From: Planctomycetota bacterium
Lineage (GTDB): Bacteria; Planctomycetota; GCA-002687715; CAIWVZ01
Direction of reading: 5' to 3'
DNA length: 64,000 nucleotides
Assembly (NCBI GenBank): GCA_044222185.1
Contig: JBGANV010000001.1
Location: 1,088,001-1,152,000 of the forward strand
Shown: in pieces, positions 24,991 through 33,738 of the stretch
Numbering within the stretch: the first letter of the stretch is position 1
How the letters are laid out: every line of letters begins with the position of its first letter
Translations under genes and position numbers: made by a program
Notes under the pieces: model-generated
Told to the model about the DNA's origin: nothing
The model's database searches: none
Seen by the model: the letters and a program-made list of their open reading frames with translations, nothing else

Positions 24991-25037
24991 GGTGATTCTT
25001 AATCACCGGGTCCCAGGTTCGAGTCCTGGCGCGGGCA
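24991..25037 (+). pseudogene. 3' half of tRNA-Lys(CTT); prophage right att site
   Basis: GGTGA-TTCTTAA-TCACC anticodon arm, CCAGG-TTCGAGT-CCTGG T-arm, CGCGGGCA acceptor 3' strand; no D-arm or 5' acceptor upstream. Confidence 0.85.
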
Positions 25038-25065
25038 TCGTCTCGACGGTCGACCCGGAAGCGCG

Positions 25066-25686
25066 TCACGCCCCGAGCGAGTCGACCAGTTCGCTCGCAT
25101 CCGACAGGATCTCGCGGGCGATCTCGTCCTGGGTCCGCGCGCCGTCGACGCGCCGGATTTCCGGTCCCTGCGCCGCGGCGAAGATCCGAGCGACCTCGGT
25201 CAGCGTGTCCGCGCGCTCGAAGGCATCGCTGCTGCCGGCGCCGCGTGTCGCGACCCGCCCCAGTCCCGAAGCGACGGGGATCTCGACGAGGTAGACGCGA
25301 TCGGGCCTGGGCGCGAAGGACTCGTTGACCGCTCGGATCGCATCCGGATCGATGCCGCGAGCTCCCTGGTACGCGACGCTCGAGAGGTAGTACCGGTCGA
25401 TGATGACGATCCGTCCCGCGGCGAGGGCCGGCGCAACGAGGCTCCGGACGTGCTCGCGTCGGTCTTCGAGGAAGGCCTCGACCTCCTCGCGGGGCTCGAG
25501 CCGGTTCGACTGCGCAGCGGTGCGGATCAGGCGCCCCCACGGCCCGTCGGTGGGCTCGCGCGTGAGGACCACGTCCAGGCCGCGGTCGCGAAGGGCCTCC
25601 GCCAGCCGACGCGCCTGCGTGGACTTGCCGGCACCGTCGATCCCTTCGAAGGTGATGAGGATTCCCCGCTTCAGACGGCCGACCAT
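25066..25686 (-). CDS. tmk: Thymidylate kinase
   Basis: FEGIDGAGKSTQ, TREP, DRY..SSVAYQG. Confidence 0.95.
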   Translation of the reverse strand: MVGRLKRGILITFEGIDGAGKSTQARRLAEALRDRGLDVVLTREPTDGPWGRLIRTAAQSNRLEPREEVEAFLEDRREHVRSLVAPALAAGRIVIIDRYYLSSVAYQGARGIDPDAIRAVNESFAPRPDRVYLVEIPVASGLGRVATRGAGSSDAFERADTLTEVARIFAAAQGPEIRRVDGARTQDEIAREILSDASELVDSLGA

Positions 25687-25912
25687 TGGATCGGAGGGTA
25701 CCCGCTTCGGCGATCCGGGCAAAAGCCCAAGCCGAAGCGCGCGAGCGTGAAGCCCGCGCCGGATGCCGCCGCCAGTCCCAATGACGCCTGGCAGCCGGAT
25801 CGTCGCGCGGACCACACAGCCCGTGCTCCGCGAGCTACAATCGCCGCCCGGTGCCTCATCCCGGTTGCTGCCATCTGTCGATGGATTCGGACGGAACTCC
25901 GCGGACACGATC

Positions 25913-27085
25913 ATGAAAAGGCCTGCATCGACGACGGGTTTCGTCGATGAGGTGGCGCTCGCGATGCCCGACTACGACGGCCGTGAATCGGAGGCTGTCG
26001 GGCAGGTGCTCGCGAGCGGACGGCTCGAGGGCGGTGGTGTGTGGCTCGATCGCTGCGAAAGCGAGCTCCGCGACCGCTTCCCCGGCTGGATCCCCCTCGT
26101 CACGACCTCCTGCACTCACGCCCTCGAGCTCATGCTCATGGCGCACGGAATCGGTCCAGGTGACGAGGTCATCGTTCCCGCGTTCACGTTCACCAGTACG
26201 GCGACGTGCGTGTTACGCCAGGGCGCCCGTCCCGTATTCGCCGACAGCCTGCCGAACCACCCCAACGTCGACCCTGCGGACATCCTGCGGCGCATCACTC
26301 CGCGGACGCGCGCGGTGATCACCGTGCACTACGGCGGAGTCGCCTGCGACCTGAGCCCGATCCGTTCGCACCTCGCCTCCCGCGGGATCCTCGAGTTCGA
26401 AGATGCCGCCCATGCATTCGGTTCGAGTTGGAATGGCAAGCCATGCGGGACGCTCGGTGCGGCCGCGTGCTTCTCGTTTCATGGGACGAAGAACATCACC
26501 TGTGGCGAGGGCGGAGCACTCCTCCTGCGCAATGGCGACACTGCGGACGTCGCGCTGGTCGGCCGCGAGATGGGAACGGACCGCGCGCTCTACCGCATGG
26601 GCCGCATCTTCCGCTACACCTGGCGCGCAGCGGGGTCGTCGTTCCTTCCGCCCGAGATCTCGATGGCAATCCTCTCCGTCCAGCTCAGCAAGTCCGCCGA
26701 GATCACGAGCCGGCGCCGCGCCTGTTTTGCCCGCTACGACGATGCCCTCGCAGGCCTCGAAGCCGAAGGGCGGCTCGTCCGGCCGCAGATCGACCGCGCC
26801 CGGATGGAGCACAACGCGCACATCTACTTCGTGCTGTTTCCTGACACGGCAACCCGAGCGGCGTGTCATGAGCGCATGCGGCGCGAGGGGATCAGCACGG
26901 CCGTTCACTACGACGCGCTGGATCGCACGCCATTCGGCCGGACGCTCTGCAATCCCGATCATCGCCCCTGCGTGAACGCAGCTGCGTTCTCGGATCGACT
27001 GCTCCGCCTCCCGATTCACTCCCGCCTCGATGAACGCGCCCAGGCCCGCGTCGTCGATGCGCTCACCCAGTCGTTGAGCGGATGA
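25913..27085 (+). CDS. wecE: DegT/DnrJ sugar aminotransferase, WecE/RffA-like
   Basis: TSCTHALE, VHYGGVACD, EDAAH, FSFHGTKNITCGEGG, HNAHIYF. Confidence 0.85.
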   Translation: MKRPASTTGFVDEVALAMPDYDGRESEAVGQVLASGRLEGGGVWLDRCESELRDRFPGWIPLVTTSCTHALELMLMAHGIGPGDEVIVPAFTFTSTATCVLRQGARPVFADSLPNHPNVDPADILRRITPRTRAVITVHYGGVACDLSPIRSHLASRGILEFEDAAHAFGSSWNGKPCGTLGAAACFSFHGTKNITCGEGGALLLRNGDTADVALVGREMGTDRALYRMGRIFRYTWRAAGSSFLPPEISMAILSVQLSKSAEITSRRRACFARYDDALAGLEAEGRLVRPQIDRARMEHNAHIYFVLFPDTATRAACHERMRREGISTAVHYDALDRTPFGRTLCNPDHRPCVNAAAFSDRLLRLPIHSRLDERAQARVVDALTQSLSG

Positions 27086-28404
27086 CCGACTTGCCGCCCA
27101 CGACCGAGGTTCCGGAGAGGTCCGTCGATCAGCGCAAGCCGACCCCGACCTCGGGCCGTCGTAGGACGCCCCGCGCGACGGATGCTCCTGCCGGGCTGTC
27201 GACGGCATTCCTCACGCAGCCGTCCGTGCAGGCGGTCCGCTTCCTCCAGAAACTGGTGCTCGTGAACTTCCTGCGACCACCGGAGCTCGGCGAGGCGAAT
27301 TTCGCGGGACTCGTCACCTTCGCATGGTCGCAAGCAGCCGCCTGGGGAATCGACCAGTTCGCCGTCGTCAGTCCGGAGTTCGGTTCGGGACTCGTCCGAT
27401 CGCTTCAGCGTCGCCTCGTCCAGGGCGGGTTGCTCGTCACCATGATCGCAGCCGCAGCCTCTTTCTCGGCCCCTCTCTTCGAAGGAAACGCCGAGCTGCG
27501 ATCCATGCTGCTCGCGCTCGCCCCGGTCGTGTTCATCTCCAACCTCGGAGTCATTCCCACCGCATTGCTGGTGCGCCACCAGAAGTACCGGCGGCTTTTC
27601 GCCGTGGACTTCGGCGCCGCAGCGCTGCAGGCGACCGCAACGATCCTGGCAGTGGAGCTCGGCATGGGTTCCTGGGCCGTGGTCGTGGGCTGGTACGTGA
27701 GCCAGATCGTCACGACGTTCGGGGCCATGGCACTGTCGCGAGACCTCGTTCCGCGCGACCCGGAGCCCGAACCCGACCTCACCCAGCCGTTGGCGACGGG
27801 CCGCCACTTCATGGGTGCGACGCTCTCCGCATTCGCGTCCGAGCGGTTCGACTCCGTCGTCGTCCGGAAGATGTTCGGCGCCGGTGCATTCGGCGCGTAC
27901 GACATGGCGCTGCACCTCTCGCAGTCGTTCGTCAACTACGCGGCGAACCTCGCCCAGCGCTTCCTGTTCCCGACTCTCGCCGCGGCGGCGCGGGCCGAGC
28001 GCAGAGAGAGCGTGCTGAAAGCACTGATTCCCAAGGCCCTGCTGCTCGTCGTACCTGCCTCCGGTCTTCTGGCCGTCTGCGCGAGCGTCTTCGTGACCAG
28101 GCAGTTCGACGGCGAATGGCTGTCGGTCAAGCCGATCGTCGTCGTCTCCTGCTTCACCGCCGGCGCGAGGTGCTTCGACCTGCTTGGAATGGCCGTGTTG
28201 AAGTCCTCCGGGCAGGCGCGGCCGGTCTTCTACCTCGAGATCCTCAAGTCCGTGGTCCTTGCCGTGGCGGTCGGGATCGGCCTGATGGGCGGCGTGATCG
28301 GCGTCGCGTACGCGGTCCTCAGCGCGCGGGCAGTCGGCGCGGCGATGACCTGGTACTCGGCGCGCCGGGTGACGAGTCTCCCGTCCGGCCTCGTCGAAAC
28401 GTGA
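27082..28404 (+). CDS. Oligosaccharide flippase (Wzx-like)
   Basis: Multi-TM protein between aminotransferase and GT; GMGSWAVVVG, FGAGAFGAY. Confidence 0.8.
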   Translation: MTDLPPTTEVPERSVDQRKPTPTSGRRRTPRATDAPAGLSTAFLTQPSVQAVRFLQKLVLVNFLRPPELGEANFAGLVTFAWSQAAAWGIDQFAVVSPEFGSGLVRSLQRRLVQGGLLVTMIAAAASFSAPLFEGNAELRSMLLALAPVVFISNLGVIPTALLVRHQKYRRLFAVDFGAAALQATATILAVELGMGSWAVVVGWYVSQIVTTFGAMALSRDLVPRDPEPEPDLTQPLATGRHFMGATLSAFASERFDSVVVRKMFGAGAFGAYDMALHLSQSFVNYAANLAQRFLFPTLAAAARAERRESVLKALIPKALLLVVPASGLLAVCASVFVTRQFDGEWLSVKPIVVVSCFTAGARCFDLLGMAVLKSSGQARPVFYLEILKSVVLAVAVGIGLMGGVIGVAYAVLSARAVGAAMTWYSARRVTSLPSGLVET

Positions 28405-29438
28405 ACGAACCCGGCGGCCGCGAAAGCACTCCGTTCCCCGGTCCACCTTCGGCGGACCGAGGCGACGATGGGACCGTCTCCGTGATCATTCCCACCTTCA
28501 ACGGAGGCGCCTTCATCCGGGAGACGATCGCCAGCGTCCTCGCTCAGACGTCGCCCCCGCTCGAGGTCATCGTCTGCGACGATGGTTCCACGGACGACAC
28601 GCCACGGCTCCTGCGCGGTCTGGACGCCCGCGTCCGCGTCCTGGAGCAGACGAACCGCGGAGTCTCTGCGGCGAGGAACCTCGGCGCGCATCACGCCACC
28701 GGACGATATCTCGCATTCCTGGATCACGACGACCTCTGGGAGCCCGACTTCCTCGCGACTCAGGTCGCCGCACTCCGGGCCGACCGTCGCCTTGGGCTCG
28801 TCTACTCCGATTCCTGGATCATCGACTCCAATGGGCGATCACACGGGACGCGATCACGGTTTCTCCAGTACCGAGACGGCAACGTCTTCCGAGATCTGCT
28901 GCGCGGGAACTTCATCCCCATCGAGACGATGCTGGTGCCGAGCGACGTCTTCCGCAGCATCGGCCGTTTCGACGAAACGTTGCGATACTGCGAGGACTTC
29001 GACCTCTGCCTGAGGATCACACGCCGCCATCCCGTCCGGTTCGATCGGCGCCCACTCGCCCGCTACCGCATCCACGACCGCAACCTCACCCACGATCGCG
29101 AAAAGCTCGTCGCCGAGTGGCTCCTGATTCTGCAACGGCTCGTGCAGGAGCCGGACCTCGCGGGCGCCGAGCGGATCATCGTCGGTGAGGAACTGGCGCG
29201 GCGACACCTGGATGCAGCCTGGCATGCCATGCGACGCGGCGACCTCGCGTCCGCCGACGCCGCCATCGCGCGCTCCCCGGGCGCGAGGGATCTCCGCCTC
29301 GCGGCGCGAGTGCGCGCCGCGAGGATCGCCCTCGGGATGGTTCCGTCAGGCTGGAGGTCGCGACTGATGCAGTGGTTGCCGCACAAGCGGACCTACGGCG
29401 TCCCCACCGCGCGCGATCGCCAACGCGCGACGCCATAG
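28401..29438 (+). CDS. Glycosyltransferase family 2
   Basis: VSVIIPTFN, DDGSTD, NRGVSAARN, FLDHDDLW, CEDFDL. Confidence 0.92.
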   Translation: MNEPGGRESTPFPGPPSADRGDDGTVSVIIPTFNGGAFIRETIASVLAQTSPPLEVIVCDDGSTDDTPRLLRGLDARVRVLEQTNRGVSAARNLGAHHATGRYLAFLDHDDLWEPDFLATQVAALRADRRLGLVYSDSWIIDSNGRSHGTRSRFLQYRDGNVFRDLLRGNFIPIETMLVPSDVFRSIGRFDETLRYCEDFDLCLRITRRHPVRFDRRPLARYRIHDRNLTHDREKLVAEWLLILQRLVQEPDLAGAERIIVGEELARRHLDAAWHAMRRGDLASADAAIARSPGARDLRLAARVRAARIALGMVPSGWRSRLMQWLPHKRTYGVPTARDRQRATP

Positions 29439-29460
29439 CTCCGCGCGCCGGCCGACGATC

Positions 29461-31245
29461 TCACAGTCCCCAGATGTTGAAGTGAGACGTCACGTTCGCG
29501 CCGAGCATCGGCGGCGTGTTGCACCAATGCGTCATCCCGGTCGCCGTCCCGTACGCATTCACCGTCCCCACGCCGAGGCGGAAATGCAGGCCGTTCGAGA
29601 CCTTCACCGCGTCGTTCGGGAACACCAACGGGTTGTACATCACGACCTGCGAGAAGTAGTCGACACCGTAGAGCGCCGGGTTGCTGGGCACTCCGAGCGT
29701 CGGGACGGATTCCAACGTCACGGGGAACCAGGCCGCCTGCAGGAAGTCGATGTAGAGCGTATCGCCCGTGCCCAGCGGGATGAACGCCGAGTTCGGCGAC
29801 ACGAGCAGGTAGCACTCGGCCACGGCGACCGTGAAGCTGCACGTGGTCGACAATCCCGTGTTGTCGATCGCGGTGAACACGAACACGTGGTTGCCGGACT
29901 GGGCGTTCGTCGGCGTCCAGTTGAGCGTCGTCGACACCGGGTTGCCAGTGGACGGGAGCGCGGGCGTGAGGGTCGCGCCCGTCGGCAGCGCACCCGACGT
30001 CAACGTCACCGTGCTTGCCGGGTCGACGTCCGACGCGGTCACCGTGACGGAGAACGGAACGCCGACGGACGCCATCAGCTGCCCACCACAGGGGGTCGGC
30101 GCGATGAAGGCGGGCGGCGTGCAGTTCCCCACCTGCAGCGTCACGTTCACCGTCGTGCTCTGCGGAGGACTGCCGTTGTCCGTCGCCGTGTAGCTCACCG
30201 TGTGCGGGCCGCATTGCACCAGCGTCGGGCAGAACGTGCACGTCGCGGTCGCCGCCTGACCGGGGCCACCGTTCTGGATCGTGCACGAGAAGTTCTGCAG
30301 ACCGTTGTCGTTGACTACGAGCGAGGTCGACTGTTGAACTTCCGGTGCGATGAACGAGACCGTGTAGGTCACGCAGGCGCCCGCATTCACGTTGACCGTG
30401 TTGCCCGCAGGCACGGTCGTCGCGATCGGCGGAAGGTTGTTGAACGTCGTGGCGGTCGTGAAGCAGATGGACCGGTTGTCGAGATAGGAAACGCCGTCGT
30501 TGTTGCCGCCGGGGCCGTCATAGTCGTTGCCGGCGTGATCGAAGCGACCGATCTGGAAGAAGTTCGTCCCGTCACCCTTGTTGGCTCCCACGGTCGCCGG
30601 CGTGCCGCCGAATCCGCCGACTCCGCCCGAGGCGCTGCCGGTCGTCCATTGCATGTCGTCGTAGCAGAAGCAGACGTTGTTGCCGATTCCCACCAGCGGG
30701 TCCAGTCCATCGGTGAGGATCAGTTCGAACGTGTTCAACTTGTCCGACTGGATGTTGTAGTACCCCACGTGATCCCAGATCACCGTGAACCGTCCAGGCT
30801 GCGCCTTGAAGTACACGACTCCGGAAGCGGCGGCGCGCGTATCCACGTCGCCCCAGAACGGGGCGATCATCGGGAACGCGTTCACGGGGAACCCGGACGA
30901 AGTGAACGTGCTGAACCCCGCACCGAACGACACGTTGCCGTTGTTGTTGATGAAGACCTCGGTGAACAACGTGCCGTAGAAGTCGAAGGCGAAACCGAGC
31001 GGGATCGGCCCGACGAAATCATCGTCGTTGCGCTGGCACGGGTCGGCCGCGCTGGCAGGGCCGTTTCCCTGCGGACCGTCGGCGCTGAACGAGACGACGC
31101 TGTAGGTCGCGTCCAGTGGGGCGCACAGCGTCGTTGCACCGAGCGGGCACGCCCCTGGCCCGTCGGGCGACGGATCATTCCCCTTCTGAGCGAAGCCGAC
31201 TGAGGTGAGTACGACGGCGAGACAAATCGCATGACGAAGCTGCAT
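29461..31245 (-). CDS. Secreted nidogen-like (NIDO) domain protein with Ig/cadherin-like repeats
   Basis: Signal peptide; RNDD...FDFYG...INNNGNVSF...IAPFWGDVDTR...NTFELIL...MQWTTG; ATDNG/ASDVD repeats. Confidence 0.8.
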   Translation of the reverse strand: MQLRHAICLAVVLTSVGFAQKGNDPSPDGPGACPLGATTLCAPLDATYSVVSFSADGPQGNGPASAADPCQRNDDDFVGPIPLGFAFDFYGTLFTEVFINNNGNVSFGAGFSTFTSSGFPVNAFPMIAPFWGDVDTRAAASGVVYFKAQPGRFTVIWDHVGYYNIQSDKLNTFELILTDGLDPLVGIGNNVCFCYDDMQWTTGSASGGVGGFGGTPATVGANKGDGTNFFQIGRFDHAGNDYDGPGGNNDGVSYLDNRSICFTTATTFNNLPPIATTVPAGNTVNVNAGACVTYTVSFIAPEVQQSTSLVVNDNGLQNFSCTIQNGGPGQAATATCTFCPTLVQCGPHTVSYTATDNGSPPQSTTVNVTLQVGNCTPPAFIAPTPCGGQLMASVGVPFSVTVTASDVDPASTVTLTSGALPTGATLTPALPSTGNPVSTTLNWTPTNAQSGNHVFVFTAIDNTGLSTTCSFTVAVAECYLLVSPNSAFIPLGTGDTLYIDFLQAAWFPVTLESVPTLGVPSNPALYGVDYFSQVVMYNPLVFPNDAVKVSNGLHFRLGVGTVNAYGTATGMTHWCNTPPMLGANVTSHFNIWGL

Positions 31246-31454
31246 GACGACCTCCGATCAGTCATGCCCACCCATCGCGGCGCCTCCGACATGGCAGGCG
31301 GATTCCAAGCATTCAATTCCTCGGCGCCGGGCCCAGAGTAGTCCCCAGTGCGACGGCGCGCCACTCACGGCCGAGGATGTGGCCGATCGACCCGCGCGGC
31401 TCCGGCGGCGGCGGGCATCGCGAGCCGGGAGCGGCGGCCGTCGAGCGATCCGAA

Positions 31455-32915
31455 TCAGCCGAACAATCGTCGGTACAGATCCGACTGCAAGCGGGATTCG
31501 GGGTCCAACCGCAGCTTCAAGCCTGCAAAGTCCTGAAATTCCTGGGGCGCAAACGCCCGCCGGACGGACGAGCGCAACAGGGTCGCATCCTTCGCGAAGT
31601 AGAAGCGACCACCGGCCCGGACGACGACCTCGTCGAAGCTGCGGCACAAGCGCCAGAGAGGACGCCGGTTCGCCCGGGTCACGCGAAAGTCCATCGCCAT
31701 CGAGTATCCGTCGACCGAGTGCGTGAGCACGTAGGGATCGCGGCGGTGCCGTTTGTAGACGAGCAGATACGGGACGATGCCCGCGTCCTGTGCACGTCGA
31801 ATGAGCTCGGAATGGACCTCCGCCGCCGTCTCCTTCGGAACGAAACTCTGGTATTGAATCAGTCCGCCCGGACCGAAGGCGAGTTTGTAGTTCGGGATGT
31901 AGTCGAGGAGAAAGGCGAACGCTGCGTGCGACTGGAGGTAGTTCTTCCCAATCCGTGCCTGCATCACGCCGGCGAGATCCTTCGCCTTGTTGATGACGCG
32001 CATGCCCACGTCGTTCATGAGCGGGCGGAGGAACCGCCACATCCAGGTCATGGGCACGACACCGGCGAGCCGCGACGGGAGATCCTGGCGATCCAGCGCC
32101 AACGTCGCCGCGGCTTCGGGATCATCGGTCGCCCCGGCATAGTCGGCTCGATGGATGATTCCGCGACCGACGCCCTTCCCTCGTGCGAAGCCGTCGATCC
32201 AGCCGACGAGGTAATCCGCGTCTGCCCGATGGCTCTCGAAGACGTCGATCATCTCCTGGAGCGAACGCGGGGCGAGCACCGAGACTCGCACACGGCCGCC
32301 AGGTACGGGTTTGAGGCGGAGCGTGATGCGTGTGAACGCCCCGAGCATGCCGAAGCCGCCGATGGCTGCGCGGAAGACGTCTGCGTTCTCCGTGCGTGTG
32401 CAGCGAAGCTCCGCGCCGAGCGGCGTGAGGATGTGGAACGCATCCACGTGCTCCCCGATCGTGCCCACGCGGAAGTTGTTCTTCCCGTGGATGTTCATCG
32501 CGAGACATCCGCCGAGGGTCGGATGCATGGTGCCCGGCACGACGGGCGGCCAGAACCCCTTCGGCACGGCCAGTCGCCACAGGTCGCGGATCGTGACTCC
32601 CGGCTCCGCGGTGACGACGCCAGCTTCCGCGTCGAAATGGATCACCTCGCGCATCGGCGTCATGTCGACGACGATCCCACCGGAGTTCAGCGCCGCATCG
32701 CCGTAGCTGCAACCGGACCCGCGAAGGACGACCGTCCGATCCTCCTCGCGCGCGCGTGAAAACACGGTGCGGAGCTCGGCCACGGAACGCACGGAGACGC
32801 ATTCGGACACCGAGGAAACCGCGCGTCCCCACCCTGCGAGACGCCGCCGGCCACCGACTGCGGACGCCGACCCGGCAGTTGCGGCGCGGAGTGAGGCAGT
32901 CCCTGTTTCAGACAT
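31455..32915 (-). CDS. FAD-binding oxidoreductase, DprE1-like
   Basis: RGSGCSYGDAALN, PVVPGT..TLGG...IHGKN, QYQ, GGRFYFAKD, DP...QSDL.RRL. Confidence 0.85.
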   Translation of the reverse strand: MSETGTASLRAATAGSASAVGGRRRLAGWGRAVSSVSECVSVRSVAELRTVFSRAREEDRTVVLRGSGCSYGDAALNSGGIVVDMTPMREVIHFDAEAGVVTAEPGVTIRDLWRLAVPKGFWPPVVPGTMHPTLGGCLAMNIHGKNNFRVGTIGEHVDAFHILTPLGAELRCTRTENADVFRAAIGGFGMLGAFTRITLRLKPVPGGRVRVSVLAPRSLQEMIDVFESHRADADYLVGWIDGFARGKGVGRGIIHRADYAGATDDPEAAATLALDRQDLPSRLAGVVPMTWMWRFLRPLMNDVGMRVINKAKDLAGVMQARIGKNYLQSHAAFAFLLDYIPNYKLAFGPGGLIQYQSFVPKETAAEVHSELIRRAQDAGIVPYLLVYKRHRRDPYVLTHSVDGYSMAMDFRVTRANRRPLWRLCRSFDEVVVRAGGRFYFAKDATLLRSSVRRAFAPQEFQDFAGLKLRLDPESRLQSDLYRRLFG

Positions 32916-33663
32916 TGAGGCGGCGGAAGATGAACGAAGGAATGTTTCGGATGACGAAGGCGACGAGGCCCCATCGTGCCGGCACGAAGAAGCTCTGACG
33001 GCCGCGATCGGCGCCGTCGAGGATCACTTGCGCGCAACGTTCCGCGGAGATCACCCAAAAGAGCTTCTCGACGCCCTTCAACATATCGGTCTGGATGAAC
33101 CCTGGCTTGACGGTCACGACCGAGACGCCGTGCCGGGTGAGGCGGTTTCGCAACGATTCGAGGAACGTGCTGAAGCAGGCCTTCGACGCACAGTAGGCCG
33201 GGTTCCCCAGCCGTCCGCGCTCGCCTGCGATGGAGGAGATCCCGACGATCTGACCCGAGCGCTGCTCGAGGAATCGGCTGGCCGCGAGGTCGAGCCACGA
33301 CATCGCGCCGATGACGTTCACCTCGATCATCGAGCGATCCTTCGAGGCGTCGAACTCGTCGATTCGGACCTTGGGCATCACGCCCGCGGCATAGATCACG
33401 CGGTCGACGCGACCACCGAGCACCATGACGGACGCATCGAACGCGCGCCGGACGTCGTCGTGGTGAGTCACGTCGTGCGTGATCGCCGTGACGGACGCCG
33501 ACGCGTTGGCCGCCTTGCAGCGCGCGATCAAGGCCTCGAGTTCGGGCGTGCGGCGCGCGACGGCGACGACGGCCTCGCCCCGTCGCGCGATCACCTCGAC
33601 GAGGGCCGCGCCGATGCCGGAGGACGCCCCGACGACGATCGTCTTCCTGCTATGTGCAGTCAT
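32908..33663 (-). CDS. SDR oxidoreductase, DprE2-like
   Basis: VGASSGIG, SSIAGERGR, YCASK, VKPGFI; coupled to the DprE1-like gene. Confidence 0.85.
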   Translation of the reverse strand: MTAHSRKTIVVGASSGIGAALVEVIARRGEAVVAVARRTPELEALIARCKAANASASVTAITHDVTHHDDVRRAFDASVMVLGGRVDRVIYAAGVMPKVRIDEFDASKDRSMIEVNVIGAMSWLDLAASRFLEQRSGQIVGISSIAGERGRLGNPAYCASKACFSTFLESLRNRLTRHGVSVVTVKPGFIQTDMLKGVEKLFWVISAERCAQVILDGADRGRQSFFVPARWGLVAFVIRNIPSFIFRRLNV

Positions 33664-33738
33664 GGGGCGGATTGTGGCACGGCTGAGCCCTCGCGCCACG
33701 CAGGGCGCGAGGAGTGTTTCGCTGCTCGCTCGCCGGGA

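Larger units (their letters stand above)
1..25037 (-). mobile_element. Temperate prophage (siphovirus-like tail, N4-gp56-type capsid); left end outside window, right end at tRNA-Lys 3' fragment
   Basis: Contiguous minus-strand module order early/recombination/replication/packaging/head/tail with many ATGA/GTGA overlaps. It ends at a tRNA 3'-half, followed by host tmk. Confidence 0.95.

Noticed and set aside
24960-25037. Intact tRNA-Lys gene
   Set aside because: The D-arm and 5' acceptor strand (GCCCGCG expected) are missing; this is an att remnant.
27324-28400. 704-aa GT2 with a long N-terminal extension
   Set aside because: The extension overlaps the flippase out of frame; the true start is the coupled GTG at 28401.
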